Shown: one piece after another, positions 15,611 to 24,935 of the stretch
How the letters are laid out: each line of letters begins with the position of its first letter
Numbering within the stretch: position 1 is the first letter of the stretch
From: a virus
Taxonomy: Duplodnaviria > Caudoviricetes
Direction: 5' to 3' (one strand)
Length of the DNA: 26,725 bases
IMG/VR virus record: IMGVR_UViG_3300035703_004058
Span: 1 to 26,725 of that record
Program-made: the position numbers and the translations under genes
The notes under the pieces: model-generated
Database searches by the model: none
Told to the model about the DNA's origin: nothing
Seen by the model: only the letters and a program-made list of their open reading frames with translations

Positions 15611-16897
15611 ATGACACCCGAGATCCGAATGGTCGCGGTGGATTCGCTCATCCCGTATGCGCGAAACGCCCGCACCCACAGCGAAGACCAGGTGGCACAG
15701 ATTGCCGCCTCGATCTCCGAGTTTGGCTTTACCAATCCGATCCTCACCGACGGCGACAAAGGCGTGATCGCAGGGCACGGACGCCTGGCTGCGGCGCGCA
15801 AACTTGCACTGACACAAGTGCCCGTGATCGAGTTGGGCCACCTCACCGCAATTCAAAAGAAAGCCTACATCCTGGCCGACAACCGCATCGCTGCCAACGC
15901 TGGCTGGGACGAAGAGTTGCTCAAGCTTGAGATTGCCGAACTCGATGAGGCTGACTTCAATCTGGATCTGATGGGCTTTGGTGACGAAGAACTCGAGCGT
16001 TTGCTCAATGGCGACGGCGACACCACGGGTCTGACCGAAGACGATGCAGTGCCCGATGTGCCAACTGACCCTGTCTCCAAAACAGGCGATGTGTGGGTCC
16101 TGGGTCAGCACCGTTTGCTGTGCGGCGACTCCACTGTGCTCTCCGATGTCGAGCGCCTGATGAACGGTCAGCTCGCCGACATGGCCTTCACCGATCCACC
16201 CTACAACGTGGACTACGGCAACAACGCCAAGGACAAGATGCGTGGCAAGGACCGCCGCATCATGAACGATGCGCTCGGAGACGGCTTCTACAAGTTCCTC
16301 TACGACGCCTGCGTCAACTTGTTGGTAGTGACCAAAGGTGCCTGCTACGTTTGCATGAGCTCCTCTGAGTTGCACACATTACAAAAGGCGTGGCTGGATG
16401 CCGGTGGCAAGTGGTCCACGTTTGTGATCTGGGCCAAGAACACTTTCACGCTGGGTCGCGCCGACTACCAGCGCCAGTACGAACCCATCCTGTACGGATG
16501 GAAGGAAGGCGCAAAACACTTCTGGTGTGGCGATCGTGACCAGTCGGATATCTGGAACTACAAAAAGCCCTATGTCAACGACCTGCACCCCACGATGAAG
16601 CCGGTGGAGTTGGTCGAGCGTGCCATCAAGAACTCATCCAAGACGCGCGACATCGTGATTGACTTGTTTGGCGGTTCTGGCACGACGCTCATTGCTTGCG
16701 AGAAAACCAATCGCCAGGCGCGCCTCATGGAGATGGACCCCAAGTACGTGGACGTGATCGTCAAGCGTTGGGAGGACTTCACAGGACAGAAAGCCACCCG
16801 TGAATCGGATGGCTCTGCGTTTGCGGATCTTTCGCCGCAGGCTCAGGCAGTTTTGGTTGATGCTGTGGGGAGCGAGCTTGAGGGTGAGACCCTGTAG
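15611..16897 (+). CDS. ParB-N domain fused to beta-class N6A/N4C DNA methyltransferase
   Basis: N-terminal LIPYARNAR..IAGHGRL..LADNR; DPPY precedes HPTMKP and DLFGGSG. Confidence 0.92.
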   Translation: MTPEIRMVAVDSLIPYARNARTHSEDQVAQIAASISEFGFTNPILTDGDKGVIAGHGRLAAARKLALTQVPVIELGHLTAIQKKAYILADNRIAANAGWDEELLKLEIAELDEADFNLDLMGFGDEELERLLNGDGDTTGLTEDDAVPDVPTDPVSKTGDVWVLGQHRLLCGDSTVLSDVERLMNGQLADMAFTDPPYNVDYGNNAKDKMRGKDRRIMNDALGDGFYKFLYDACVNLLVVTKGACYVCMSSSELHTLQKAWLDAGGKWSTFVIWAKNTFTLGRADYQRQYEPILYGWKEGAKHFWCGDRDQSDIWNYKKPYVNDLHPTMKPVELVERAIKNSSKTRDIVIDLFGGSGTTLIACEKTNRQARLMEMDPKYVDVIVKRWEDFTGQKATRESDGSAFADLSPQAQAVLVDAVGSELEGETL

Positions 16898-17319
16898 ACC
16901 CGCTCACCACCGCTCTCCTTGACGGAGTCGATGGTCAGGCCCAATTTCTTTTTCAAAGTCCCGGCCATGCAGCCGCGCACCGTGTGCGGCTGCCAACCGG
17001 TGGCTTCCACCATTTGCGGAAGGGTTGCACCCTCGGGGCGTTTCATCAACTCGATGAGCACCGACTGCTTGCTGCCTTCGCGTTTGGATTTGGCGGGTGG
17101 CTCAATGCCGATGGCCTGCAACCCTGCGACGGTGATGGCAAAGCGGGTCGACCCCGCAGCGCCTTTACTGTGGGGTCGGATCAGGCCTTCATTGCCAAGG
17201 CTGGTCAGCACCTTGATCAACGCGCCGCCTTTGAGGTTGGGCGGGAAGTCGGTCAGCAATTGCTGAGGGTGGATGGCAGCGGCATTGAGAAGCAAGGTTT
17301 GGCTGGGTGTGAGTTTCAT
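16843..17319 (-). CDS. DUF3489-like protein
   Basis: REGSKQ..LIELMKRPEGATL....ATGWQPHTVRG..LKKKLGL..RVYR; SD GGAG. Confidence 0.85.
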   Translation of the reverse strand: MKLTPSQTLLLNAAAIHPQQLLTDFPPNLKGGALIKVLTSLGNEGLIRPHSKGAAGSTRFAITVAGLQAIGIEPPAKSKREGSKQSVLIELMKRPEGATLPQMVEATGWQPHTVRGCMAGTLKKKLGLTIDSVKESGGERVYRVSPSSSLPTASTKTA

Positions 17320-17333
17320 GTTGATCTCCGGTA

Positions 17334-17522
17334 TCAGGTTGCTTGGTTTGTTGGTTTGGATTGCTGGCCAGCCGTGAAGGCGGCTTGCAGGGCTTCTTTG
17401 AGGCCCCAGACGCTGACCTCATGAAAGTCGAGGCTGTCGCTGTTGCGGGTGGCTAGCGTGTCGATGTGCAGATGCTCTGCGGCGATTTGGTTGAGCAGTC
17501 GCTCCAGTGTTTTGGCGTCCAT
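17334..17522 (-). CDS. DUF6900-like small protein
   Basis: DTLATRNSDSLDFHEVSVWGLKEALQAAF; start overlaps the upstream stop. Confidence 0.75.
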   Translation of the reverse strand: MDAKTLERLLNQIAAEHLHIDTLATRNSDSLDFHEVSVWGLKEALQAAFTAGQQSKPTNQAT

Positions 17523-17728
17523 CACTTGGCTCCCCGCACCTGGTGGATCTGGCGGGCGCGATCAAAGCCGACCCACTCGCCTTGGGTGTCAAGGCCGCGT
17601 GAGGCCAGTTCCTCGCGGGCCAGTAGGTTGAGGTCAAGCTCACCGCGTGAGGCGGCTGCCAGCACCTTGGTGAGCGCGATCTGGATGAACCCGACCTCGT
17701 CGACGGTGAACTGTGTTGTGTAGGTCAT
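17522..17728 (-). CDS. Hypothetical small protein (68 aa)
   Basis: SD AAGGAG before ATG 17728; LDLNLLAREELASRGLD..GEWVGF. Confidence 0.75.
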   Translation of the reverse strand: MTYTTQFTVDEVGFIQIALTKVLAAASRGELDLNLLAREELASRGLDTQGEWVGFDRARQIHQVRGAK

Positions 17729-17761
17729 TTGCAAAGCTCCTTGGGTTGTTGATGACATTCC

Positions 17762-17792
17762 TATGAACGCTCTGAACCCCAGTGAAGCCAAG
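17762..17792 (-). promoter_or_regulatory. Motif CTTG-N15-AGAGCGTTCATA, copy 2 (upstream of DUF3489 operon)
   Basis: Same 12-mer and spacing as 2213-2243. Lies 33 nt before the start codon. Confidence 0.6.
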
Positions 17793-17846
17793 CTATATCT
17801 GCATCAAATCCGATTAGTTTTTTGAATGAGTTGGGAATAAGCCGCT

Positions 17847-18212
17847 ATGCCCCGCAGTGCCCCAACACCCTGCCGACATCCCGCTTGTGCGTTGGTGCTG
17901 GACATGCCGGGCTACTGCGACCAACACCGCGCCCAGGTGCACAGGGACTACGGGCGTGCCAGGCGTGGCTTTGATGCCGAGGTGGGCTTCTATCAGTCGG
18001 TGCGCTGGCGTGAGGTACGTGCTGCGTTCCTGCGCGAACACTCGCTGTGTGTGGCGTGCAAGGGGGCGGGTCTGGTGGTGGCCGCCAAGGTTGCCGACCA
18101 CATCAGGCCCCTCAAGGACGGTGGTGAGCGCTTTGACTGGGTCAATCTGCAAGGCCTGTGCGTCTCATGCCACAACCGAAAGACGGCGCGTGAGACCGCA
18201 AGGCGAGGCTGA
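17847..18212 (+). CDS. HNH endonuclease (packaging-associated, HK97 gp74-like)
   Basis: CVAC...DHIRP...NLQGLCVSCHNRKT; immediately upstream of terS. Confidence 0.9.
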   Translation: MPRSAPTPCRHPACALVLDMPGYCDQHRAQVHRDYGRARRGFDAEVGFYQSVRWREVRAAFLREHSLCVACKGAGLVVAAKVADHIRPLKDGGERFDWVNLQGLCVSCHNRKTARETARRG

Positions 18213-18327
18213 CTACCCCCCGGGGGGGCTGAATCTCTACAGACGGCGGCCAAAGATGCGTGCGCCTGCCAAGATTTTTGCGCGTGCAAATTGAAACCTA
18301 GGGGGGTTACCCCAGAACGGAATATTG
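18213..18327. other. Candidate cos/packaging region
   Basis: Intergenic gap between HNH and terS with CCCCCCGGGGGG and near-palindromes TTTGCGCGTGCAAA and GGGGTTACCCC. Position matches cos sites of HK97-like phages. Confidence 0.5.
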
Positions 18328-18786
18328 ATGGCCGGAAGAAAGCCACTGCCCACAGAGATCAAAAAGCTCAGGGGAACCCTGCAAAAGTGCAGGACCAACC
18401 CGCATGAGCCGCAGCCCCAAGGGGATCTGGTTGCGCCGCCCGAGTACATGTCCGACGGGGCCAAGCAGGCCTGGCGCTATGCCATTGAGAGCGCGCCTGA
18501 GCATTTGCTGCGCAAACTCGATATGTCGGTGCTGGAGGTTTGGTCCTGCGCCGCTGACTTGTACCGCAAGGCCCAGATCGGAATCACCAAGACGGGTCTG
18601 CTGATCAAAGCGCCGAACACCGGTGTGCCGATGCAGTCGCCGTACTTGGCCATCGCCAACAAGCAGGCCCAGATCATGACCAAGGCAGCGGTGGAGATGG
18701 GATTTACGCCAGCCTCTCGTTCGCGTATCACACAGCCCACAGATACCCAGATCGATCTCGATCCTTGGGCGGACATAGCAGGCTGA
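18328..18786 (+). CDS. terS: Terminase small subunit (P27-like)
   Basis: MAGRKPLPT..KLRG, PPEYM, QSPYLAI and EMGFTPASRSRI. Confidence 0.92.
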   Translation: MAGRKPLPTEIKKLRGTLQKCRTNPHEPQPQGDLVAPPEYMSDGAKQAWRYAIESAPEHLLRKLDMSVLEVWSCAADLYRKAQIGITKTGLLIKAPNTGVPMQSPYLAIANKQAQIMTKAAVEMGFTPASRSRITQPTDTQIDLDPWADIAG

Positions 18787-18795
18787 GACTGAACT

Positions 18796-20508
18796 TTGGC
18801 AGCAGATAACTACGCCGCCGTTGCCCGCAAGTATGCACAGGCAGTCGTTGCCGGTGACATCCTGACCTGCAAATGGGTCCAGCGTGCATGCCAACGGCAG
18901 TTGAATGATCTGGCAAAGTTCAAGGGCAAGGCAAGTCCCTACCAGTTCAACCCAAAGCTCACCGACAAGGACGGGCGGGAATTCCATCCCGCTGACAACC
19001 TGTGCGCGTTCATTGAACGCCTGCCCCACGTCAAGGGGCCGCTGGCAGGCGAAACGATCAAGTTGGAGCCTTGGCAGGTGTTCATCCTGACCACCGTATT
19101 TGGATGGGTCAAGCCTGACGGTAATCGCCGCTTTCGGCGCTCGTACATTGAGGTGCCACGTGGCAACGCTAAGTCGACCCTGTCGTCTGCGCTTGCGCTG
19201 TATATGCTGGCCGCCGATGGTGAAGGTGGTGCAGAGGTTTACTCTCTGGCCACCACCCGCGACCAGGCGCGCATTGTGTTTGGTGATGCGCAGACCATGG
19301 CGCGCAGGTCACAGGGCTTTCGCAGCCGGTTCTCTGTCAACGTTGGTGCGCACAACATGAACGTGCTGCATACCGGCTCAAAGTTTGAAGCGCTCTCGGC
19401 AGAGGGATCTACGCTCGACGGCCTGAACATTCACTTCGGCTGCATTGATGAACTGCACGCCCATAAGACTCGCACCGTCTACGACGTTGTGGAGACCGGT
19501 ACCGGCAAGCGAGACAACTCGCTCTTGTGGGTGATCACCACCGCTGGCAGCAATCGCGCAGGCATTTGCTACGAGGTACGCACCTTTGTAACTCGACTAC
19601 TCGATGGTGTGTTCGAGGACGACAGCCAGTTTGGCATCGTCTACGGGCTGGACGACGGGGACGACTGGACCAGCGAAGACTCGCTGATGAAGGCCAACCC
19701 CAACTGGGGTATCTCGGTGCGCCCGGAAATCCTGGGACCGCTGCAGGCCAAGGCCATGCAGTTGCCCAGTGCAATGAACAACTTCAAGACCAAGCACTTG
19801 AACGAGTGGGTCAACGCTGACACTGCATGGATGGACATGCGTTCATGGGACGCTTGCGCTGATCAGGACCTGGACATCGAGTCCTTTGTCGGTCAGCCCT
19901 GCTGGGTGGGTCTGGACTTGGCCAGCAAGACAGACATTGCGGCATTGGTGATTGTGTTTGCCCATCCCGAGATTGCTGACGCATTCGTAGTCTTCGGCAA
20001 GTACTACCTGCCAGAGGACACGGTCAATGCCAACGGCAACAGTCAGTACCCGGGATGGATGCATACCGGACGCCTCACCGTGACGCCGGGCAATGTGATT
20101 GATTTCAGTTGGATCGAAGCGGATCTGAATGATCTGTCCTCTCGCTTTGCTGTTCAGGCAGTCGCGTTTGATCCGTTTCAGGCGACGCAACTCTCGACCC
20201 GAATGTTGAGTGAGGGGCTGCCCATGATTGAAGTGCGTCCGACGGTGCTGAATTTCTCAGAACCGATGAAGGCGCTTGAAGCCCTGGTGCTTCAAAAGAA
20301 ATTGGTTCACGACGGTGACCCGGTTCTGGGTTGGATGGTCAGCAACGTGGTGGCCCACCTGGACGCCAAAGACAACATTTACCCACGCAAGGAGCGAGCA
20401 GAAAACAAGATCGACGGCATCGTGGCACTGATCATGGCCCTTTCAAGGGCAATCAAACCGGGAGACTCGGTGGTGCTGGGATCCGACTACGAGTTGATGT
20501 TGCTCTGA
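18796..20508 (+). CDS. terL: Terminase large subunit
   Basis: LEPWQ, Walker A VPRGNAKST, Walker B CIDELH, ITTAG, nuclease GLDLAS and KIDGIVA. TTG start. Confidence 0.95.
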   Translation: MAADNYAAVARKYAQAVVAGDILTCKWVQRACQRQLNDLAKFKGKASPYQFNPKLTDKDGREFHPADNLCAFIERLPHVKGPLAGETIKLEPWQVFILTTVFGWVKPDGNRRFRRSYIEVPRGNAKSTLSSALALYMLAADGEGGAEVYSLATTRDQARIVFGDAQTMARRSQGFRSRFSVNVGAHNMNVLHTGSKFEALSAEGSTLDGLNIHFGCIDELHAHKTRTVYDVVETGTGKRDNSLLWVITTAGSNRAGICYEVRTFVTRLLDGVFEDDSQFGIVYGLDDGDDWTSEDSLMKANPNWGISVRPEILGPLQAKAMQLPSAMNNFKTKHLNEWVNADTAWMDMRSWDACADQDLDIESFVGQPCWVGLDLASKTDIAALVIVFAHPEIADAFVVFGKYYLPEDTVNANGNSQYPGWMHTGRLTVTPGNVIDFSWIEADLNDLSSRFAVQAVAFDPFQATQLSTRMLSEGLPMIEVRPTVLNFSEPMKALEALVLQKKLVHDGDPVLGWMVSNVVAHLDAKDNIYPRKERAENKIDGIVALIMALSRAIKPGDSVVLGSDYELMLL

Positions 20509-20512
20509 ACTG

Positions 20513-22030
20513 ATGGGACTGTTTACCTTTTTTGATCGCTTTCGCGGATCTGGTAGCTCCAACGCCTCAGGTGGAGATCGTTCGCCATGGGGTGACTTTT
20601 CATTCGAGTCAGTGTCTGCGCGTACCAGCAGTGGCATGCGCGTCTCGCCCGATAGCGCGCTGCGCCTAGCTGCTGTGTATGCCTGTGTGCGGATACTGGC
20701 CGAAACAATTGCATCACTGCCATTGGTGGTTTACCAGCGCCGCCCTGACGGCGGCAAGGACAGGGTCACGGACCACTGGCTTTACCGCTTAATGGCCAAG
20801 CGGCCGAACCGGTTTCAAAATCCTTTTGAGTGGCGCGAGATGCTGCAAGGACACCTGGCTTTGCGCGGTAACGCCTTTAACCAGATCATCACCAACCCGC
20901 GCGGCGAGATCATCGAACTCATGCCGATCCACCCGGACCGGGTCAAGATTGAGTTGTTGCCATCAGGTGAATACCGCTACCGAATTAGCGATCGTTCTGG
21001 CACTGAGGTGATCTTGCCAAGAGGGGAGGTCTGGCACTTGCGTGGCCTGTCCTCGGACGGCTTGATGGGTATGAGCCCGATTGAGCTTGCCCGGGAGAAT
21101 CTGGGTACTGCACTAGCAGCCCAAGGCTATGGTGCACGTTTCTTTGCCAATGACGCCAAGCCCACAGGAGGGTGGATTGAATTTCCTGGCTCGTTCAAGG
21201 ACTCCGAGGCCAAGAAGGTGTTTCGTGAGTCTTATCAGCAGGCGCAGTCCGGCTCCAACCGGGGCAAGGTCCTGGTGTTGGAAAACGGCATGAAGTTTCA
21301 CGAAGTGGGCGTCACAAACAAAGACGCCCAGTTTCTGGAACTGCGCAAGTTTCAGATCACCGACGTGGCCCGGCTCTTTCGTGTGCCACCGCACATGATT
21401 GCTGATCTTGATAGAGCGACCTTCTCCAACATCGAGCAGCAGAGTCTGGAGTTCGTCATGCACACCATGACGCCTTGGGCTGAGCGCTGGGAGGCTAGCA
21501 TTCAATCTGAGTTACTTCTTGAGAGTGACGATATAGAGATTGAGTTTGATTTCGCCAATCTGATGCGCGGCGATGCGTCCAGCCGCTCAAGCTACTACCA
21601 AAGCGGAATTCAGAACGGCTGGCTCACCAGAAACGAAGCACGCATTGCAGAAAATCTCAATCCCATTGACGGACTTGATCAGCCACTACGACCACTCAAT
21701 ATGGTCGAGGAGGACGTGGCGGAGGATTTGGAAATCGATACACAAGCAGAAGTGGCAAAGCCACTGGAGAAAAAAGCGATCAAGCCTTCGGAGGATGAGA
21801 GTGTTACCCGACTCAGTGGGCGATATAGCGCCCTTGTTCAAACGACCTCTGAGCGACTTGCTCGCCGTATCAGCCGATCAGATCATCTGGCCGAAAAAGA
21901 CATCTTGTTGATCTCCCAAGCCTTGGCCGTACCGCTAGACCAGGTTCAGCTTTGGGCAAGCCAAATAGACGAGCCGCTAGATCAAAAACAGCTTACCGAA
22001 TCACTTATCTCCCTCGGACAGAATTTATGA
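20513..22030 (+). CDS. HK97-family portal protein with C-terminal extension
   Basis: AVYACVRILAETIASLP, LRGNAF, GMSPI, VARLFRVPPHMI, FSNIEQQ and GWLTRNEAR. Confidence 0.95.
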   Translation: MGLFTFFDRFRGSGSSNASGGDRSPWGDFSFESVSARTSSGMRVSPDSALRLAAVYACVRILAETIASLPLVVYQRRPDGGKDRVTDHWLYRLMAKRPNRFQNPFEWREMLQGHLALRGNAFNQIITNPRGEIIELMPIHPDRVKIELLPSGEYRYRISDRSGTEVILPRGEVWHLRGLSSDGLMGMSPIELARENLGTALAAQGYGARFFANDAKPTGGWIEFPGSFKDSEAKKVFRESYQQAQSGSNRGKVLVLENGMKFHEVGVTNKDAQFLELRKFQITDVARLFRVPPHMIADLDRATFSNIEQQSLEFVMHTMTPWAERWEASIQSELLLESDDIEIEFDFANLMRGDASSRSSYYQSGIQNGWLTRNEARIAENLNPIDGLDQPLRPLNMVEEDVAEDLEIDTQAEVAKPLEKKAIKPSEDESVTRLSGRYSALVQTTSERLARRISRSDHLAEKDILLISQALAVPLDQVQLWASQIDEPLDQKQLTESLISLGQNL

Positions 22031-22971
22031 AAAACCAACTTTTAGTCGCTGAATTTTTGGCAACGCCTTGGGCCTTGATGCCTGAGCGTTTAAGTGCTCT
22101 GGCCACTGTCATTTCCCGGTGGTCGCAAGGTGAGCCTGCCAGCGACGCCGCCAGGTTTCAGGTCCAAACAGACCGTGTGCTGCGCGACACTCGCAGACAG
22201 ACCTCGGCTGCCATTTCGGGTGGCGGCATTGCCGTCATCCCGATTTACGGCGTCATCACACAGCGTGGAAATATGGTGGATGACGTCTCCGGCCCTGGCA
22301 TGGTCAGCACCCAGATCGTCACCCAAATGCTCAGACAAGCTGTTGCCGACGACGCGGTCAGTCAGATATTGCTGGACATTGATAGCCCTGGCGGCAGCGT
22401 CTACGGCGTTTCTGAACTGGGTGATGCTATTTTGAGTGCTCGTGCCCAAAAGCCGGTGGTGGCCATCGCTAACAGTCTGGCAGCTTCGGCGGCTTACTGG
22501 ATCGGTTCCCAAGCCAGTGAGTTCTACGTCACATCCGGCGGAGAAGTCGGCTCAATTGGCGTGTGGCAGGCGCACCAGGACTACAGCAAAGCCATGGATG
22601 AAGCTGGCGTTAAGACGACGCTCATATCGGCGGGCAAGTTCAAGGTCGAGGGCAATCCCTATGCACCACTGGACGAAGAAGCGCAAGGATTTATGCAGTC
22701 CCGCGTAGATGACTATTACGCCGCATTTACCAAGGCTGTGGCCAAGGGGCGTGGTGTGCCCATCACTCAGGTACGAGATGGAATGGGCCAGGGCCGGGTC
22801 TTGGGCGCTGATGCGGCCTTGGCTCAAAACATGGTCGACGGCATCGCCAGCTTCGATCAGGTCTTGAGCAAGATGCATAAAGACGCGGCGTCAAGTGCTA
22901 AGACCAGTCCACCTGCCAAGCCCAAAACCTCCCGATTGGCCCAAGCCCGCTCAGAGCTTGGGATTTTGTAA
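22027..22971 (+). CDS. S49-family prohead protease
   Basis: LDIDSPGG, AASAAYWIGS and VGSIGV; ATGA overlap with the portal gene. Confidence 0.93.
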   Translation: MKNQLLVAEFLATPWALMPERLSALATVISRWSQGEPASDAARFQVQTDRVLRDTRRQTSAAISGGGIAVIPIYGVITQRGNMVDDVSGPGMVSTQIVTQMLRQAVADDAVSQILLDIDSPGGSVYGVSELGDAILSARAQKPVVAIANSLAASAAYWIGSQASEFYVTSGGEVGSIGVWQAHQDYSKAMDEAGVKTTLISAGKFKVEGNPYAPLDEEAQGFMQSRVDDYYAAFTKAVAKGRGVPITQVRDGMGQGRVLGADAALAQNMVDGIASFDQVLSKMHKDAASSAKTSPPAKPKTSRLAQARSELGIL

Positions 22972-23083
22972 TTTGGACTGCTCAGGAGTTGCTCCGTTGA
23001 GCGCCTCCAGTCCGAAAGGCGACCCGTAGGTCGCAAACCTGATGCGTGACTAGCTTTGCGCATTTTTTAATATTTGCAATCCC

Positions 23084-23106
23084 GCCACCCAAGAGGTGGT
23101 TTTTTT
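23084..23106 (+). terminator. Terminator-like hairpin just upstream of the capsid RBS
   Basis: GCCACC-CAAGA-GGTGGT followed by a T run. Confidence 0.55.
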
Positions 23107-23124
23107 ACGTCTGGAGAAACCCAA

Positions 23125-24462
23125 ATGAGTAAGCAATTGCGCGAGCTTCAAGCTCGTAAGTCTGATCTTGTCAAAGAGGCTCGTGCCTTAACTGACATCG
23201 CCGCCCAAGAAAACCGTGACCTCTCAGATGAGGAGGTAACCAAGTTCAATGGACTCAAGAGTCGAATTGAGACCGCTTCGGCAGCAATTGACCGCGAGTC
23301 GGCCTTGATTTCCGAAGAGGTTCAGATGGGGGCGCATGTAGGCAACCACTCTGGTGCTGGTAATGGTTCGGTATTCCCAAGCGTCATAGTGAGCGATAAC
23401 CGCGAACTCGACCCCAAACATGGGTTTCAAAGCCTGGGTGACTTTTTGCAAAACGTCTGCCATGCGCAAAAGCCAGGCAACCCGATAGACGATCGCCTGC
23501 TGATTGGCAGCGGTCGTGGTGCTGCCGCTCCAGCCACCTTTGGCAGTGAAGGCTCCGGTCAAGACGGTGGCTTCTTTGTACCGCCACAGTTCTCAAAGGA
23601 GATTTTCCAGCTGTCTTTGGGCGAGGACTCATTGCTGCCGCTTACTGACAATGTGGAGATCAGCGGAAACACCATGGCGTTTCCTAAGGATGAAACAACG
23701 CCCTGGGGCACCAACGGCATTCGCGCTTACTGGCAAGGCGAAGCGGCGCCTTCGGTGACCACCAAGCCCGTTTTGGGACTGTCTACATTGCGGCTGAAAA
23801 AGTTGATGGCCTTAGTGCCTACGACCGATGAGTTGTTGGAAGACGCCAATGCCTTGTCGACTTATCTGCCTGAGAAAATTGCACACTCCATTCGCTGGAA
23901 AACCAATGAATCCATCCTGTTCGGCTCGGGCTCTGGCGTACCGGTAGGTGCACTCAATGCTGGCGCTACGGTCAGTGTGGCCAAGGAGACTGGGCAGTTG
24001 ACTCAAACGCTGCTTCCGCAAAACCTGGCCAAGATGATTGCGCGACTTCCCTCGGGCAGCCTGGCCAATGCGGTTTGGATCGTCAATAACGATGTACTGC
24101 CAGCATTGTTCACTTTGACGTTGGGGAACTACCCGATCTACTTGCCAACAGGATTGACCGTCGGTGGTCTTCAGGTGTCACCTTACGGCACGCTGCTGGG
24201 TCGCCCGGTGTTTGTGTCTCAGCACGCCAACACCTTCTCGGCCCAAGGGGACATCTTGCTGGTGGACCTGAAGTACTACCAGACCATCACCAAGACAGGT
24301 GGCATGCAGACCGCCACATCGATGCACCTGTACTTCGATGCCGATCTCACGGCGTTTCGAACCACCTTCCGTATGGATGGTCAGTCGAAGATTTCTACAG
24401 CGATCACGCCTGCCAAAGGCAGCGCAACGATGTCGCCCTTCATCCAACTGGGCGCGCGCTAA
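23125..24462 (+). CDS. HK97-fold major capsid protein
   Basis: SD GGAG; N-terminal coiled-coil scaffold (delta) domain; DGGFFVP, WQGE, ELLEDA, TLLGRPV and FR..FRMDG. Confidence 0.93.
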   Translation: MSKQLRELQARKSDLVKEARALTDIAAQENRDLSDEEVTKFNGLKSRIETASAAIDRESALISEEVQMGAHVGNHSGAGNGSVFPSVIVSDNRELDPKHGFQSLGDFLQNVCHAQKPGNPIDDRLLIGSGRGAAAPATFGSEGSGQDGGFFVPPQFSKEIFQLSLGEDSLLPLTDNVEISGNTMAFPKDETTPWGTNGIRAYWQGEAAPSVTTKPVLGLSTLRLKKLMALVPTTDELLEDANALSTYLPEKIAHSIRWKTNESILFGSGSGVPVGALNAGATVSVAKETGQLTQTLLPQNLAKMIARLPSGSLANAVWIVNNDVLPALFTLTLGNYPIYLPTGLTVGGLQVSPYGTLLGRPVFVSQHANTFSAQGDILLVDLKYYQTITKTGGMQTATSMHLYFDADLTAFRTTFRMDGQSKISTAITPAKGSATMSPFIQLGAR

Positions 24463-24488
24463 GCAGTCCCAAACCTTAGGAGAAAACT

Positions 24489-24935
24489 ATGTTTCCCAAC
24501 GCAAAAGGCAGCGAACTGCTGTCCGTTCTCGCCACCATCGACCCTGCCGCGCAAGCGGCAGGAACTGTCACTACAGGCTGGATTTCTGTGGCCAACCACC
24601 ACGGATTCCTTTCTTTGGTTCAGACCGGAGTGCTCGGCACCAGCGCCACAGTGGATGCGAAGTTGCAGCAAGCAGTAGATTCCACTGGCACCAGTGCCAA
24701 GGACATCACCGGCAAAGCGATCACCCAGATCGTCAAAGCCACAGGCGACAACAAGCAGGCGCTTATCAACGTTAAGCCCGAGGAGCTCGACACAGTCAAC
24801 GGCTTTGGCTTTGTTCGCCTGTCTCTGACGGTAGGAGTGGCTGCCAGCCAAACTGCTGCTCAAGTCCTAGGTGTCAATCCGCGAGAGCTCCCTGCCAATG
24901 CAGGTAATCAGGCGGCTGTTGTGCAGATTGTCTAA
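24489..24935 (+). CDS. Hypothetical virion protein (possible head decoration)
   Basis: SD AGGAG; Ala/Thr/Val-rich beta-type sequence directly after the capsid gene. Confidence 0.75.
   Translation: MFPNAKGSELLSVLATIDPAAQAAGTVTTGWISVANHHGFLSLVQTGVLGTSATVDAKLQQAVDSTGTSAKDITGKAITQIVKATGDNKQALINVKPEELDTVNGFGFVRLSLTVGVAASQTAAQVLGVNPRELPANAGNQAAVVQIV

Noticed and set aside
15530-16375. Long antisense ORFs (281 aa here; also 9520-10110, 10999-11691, 12282-13001, 18307-19029)
   Set aside because: They are shadow frames of well-supported genes in GC-rich DNA, with no recognisable motifs.
22972-23070. Hammerhead ribozyme or c-di-GMP riboswitch (GAAA, CTGATG and GCAAACC words)
   Set aside because: The core would need CUGANGA-stem-GAAA; here it is CTGATGC and the order does not fit. 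The riboswitch P1/P2 architecture is absent.
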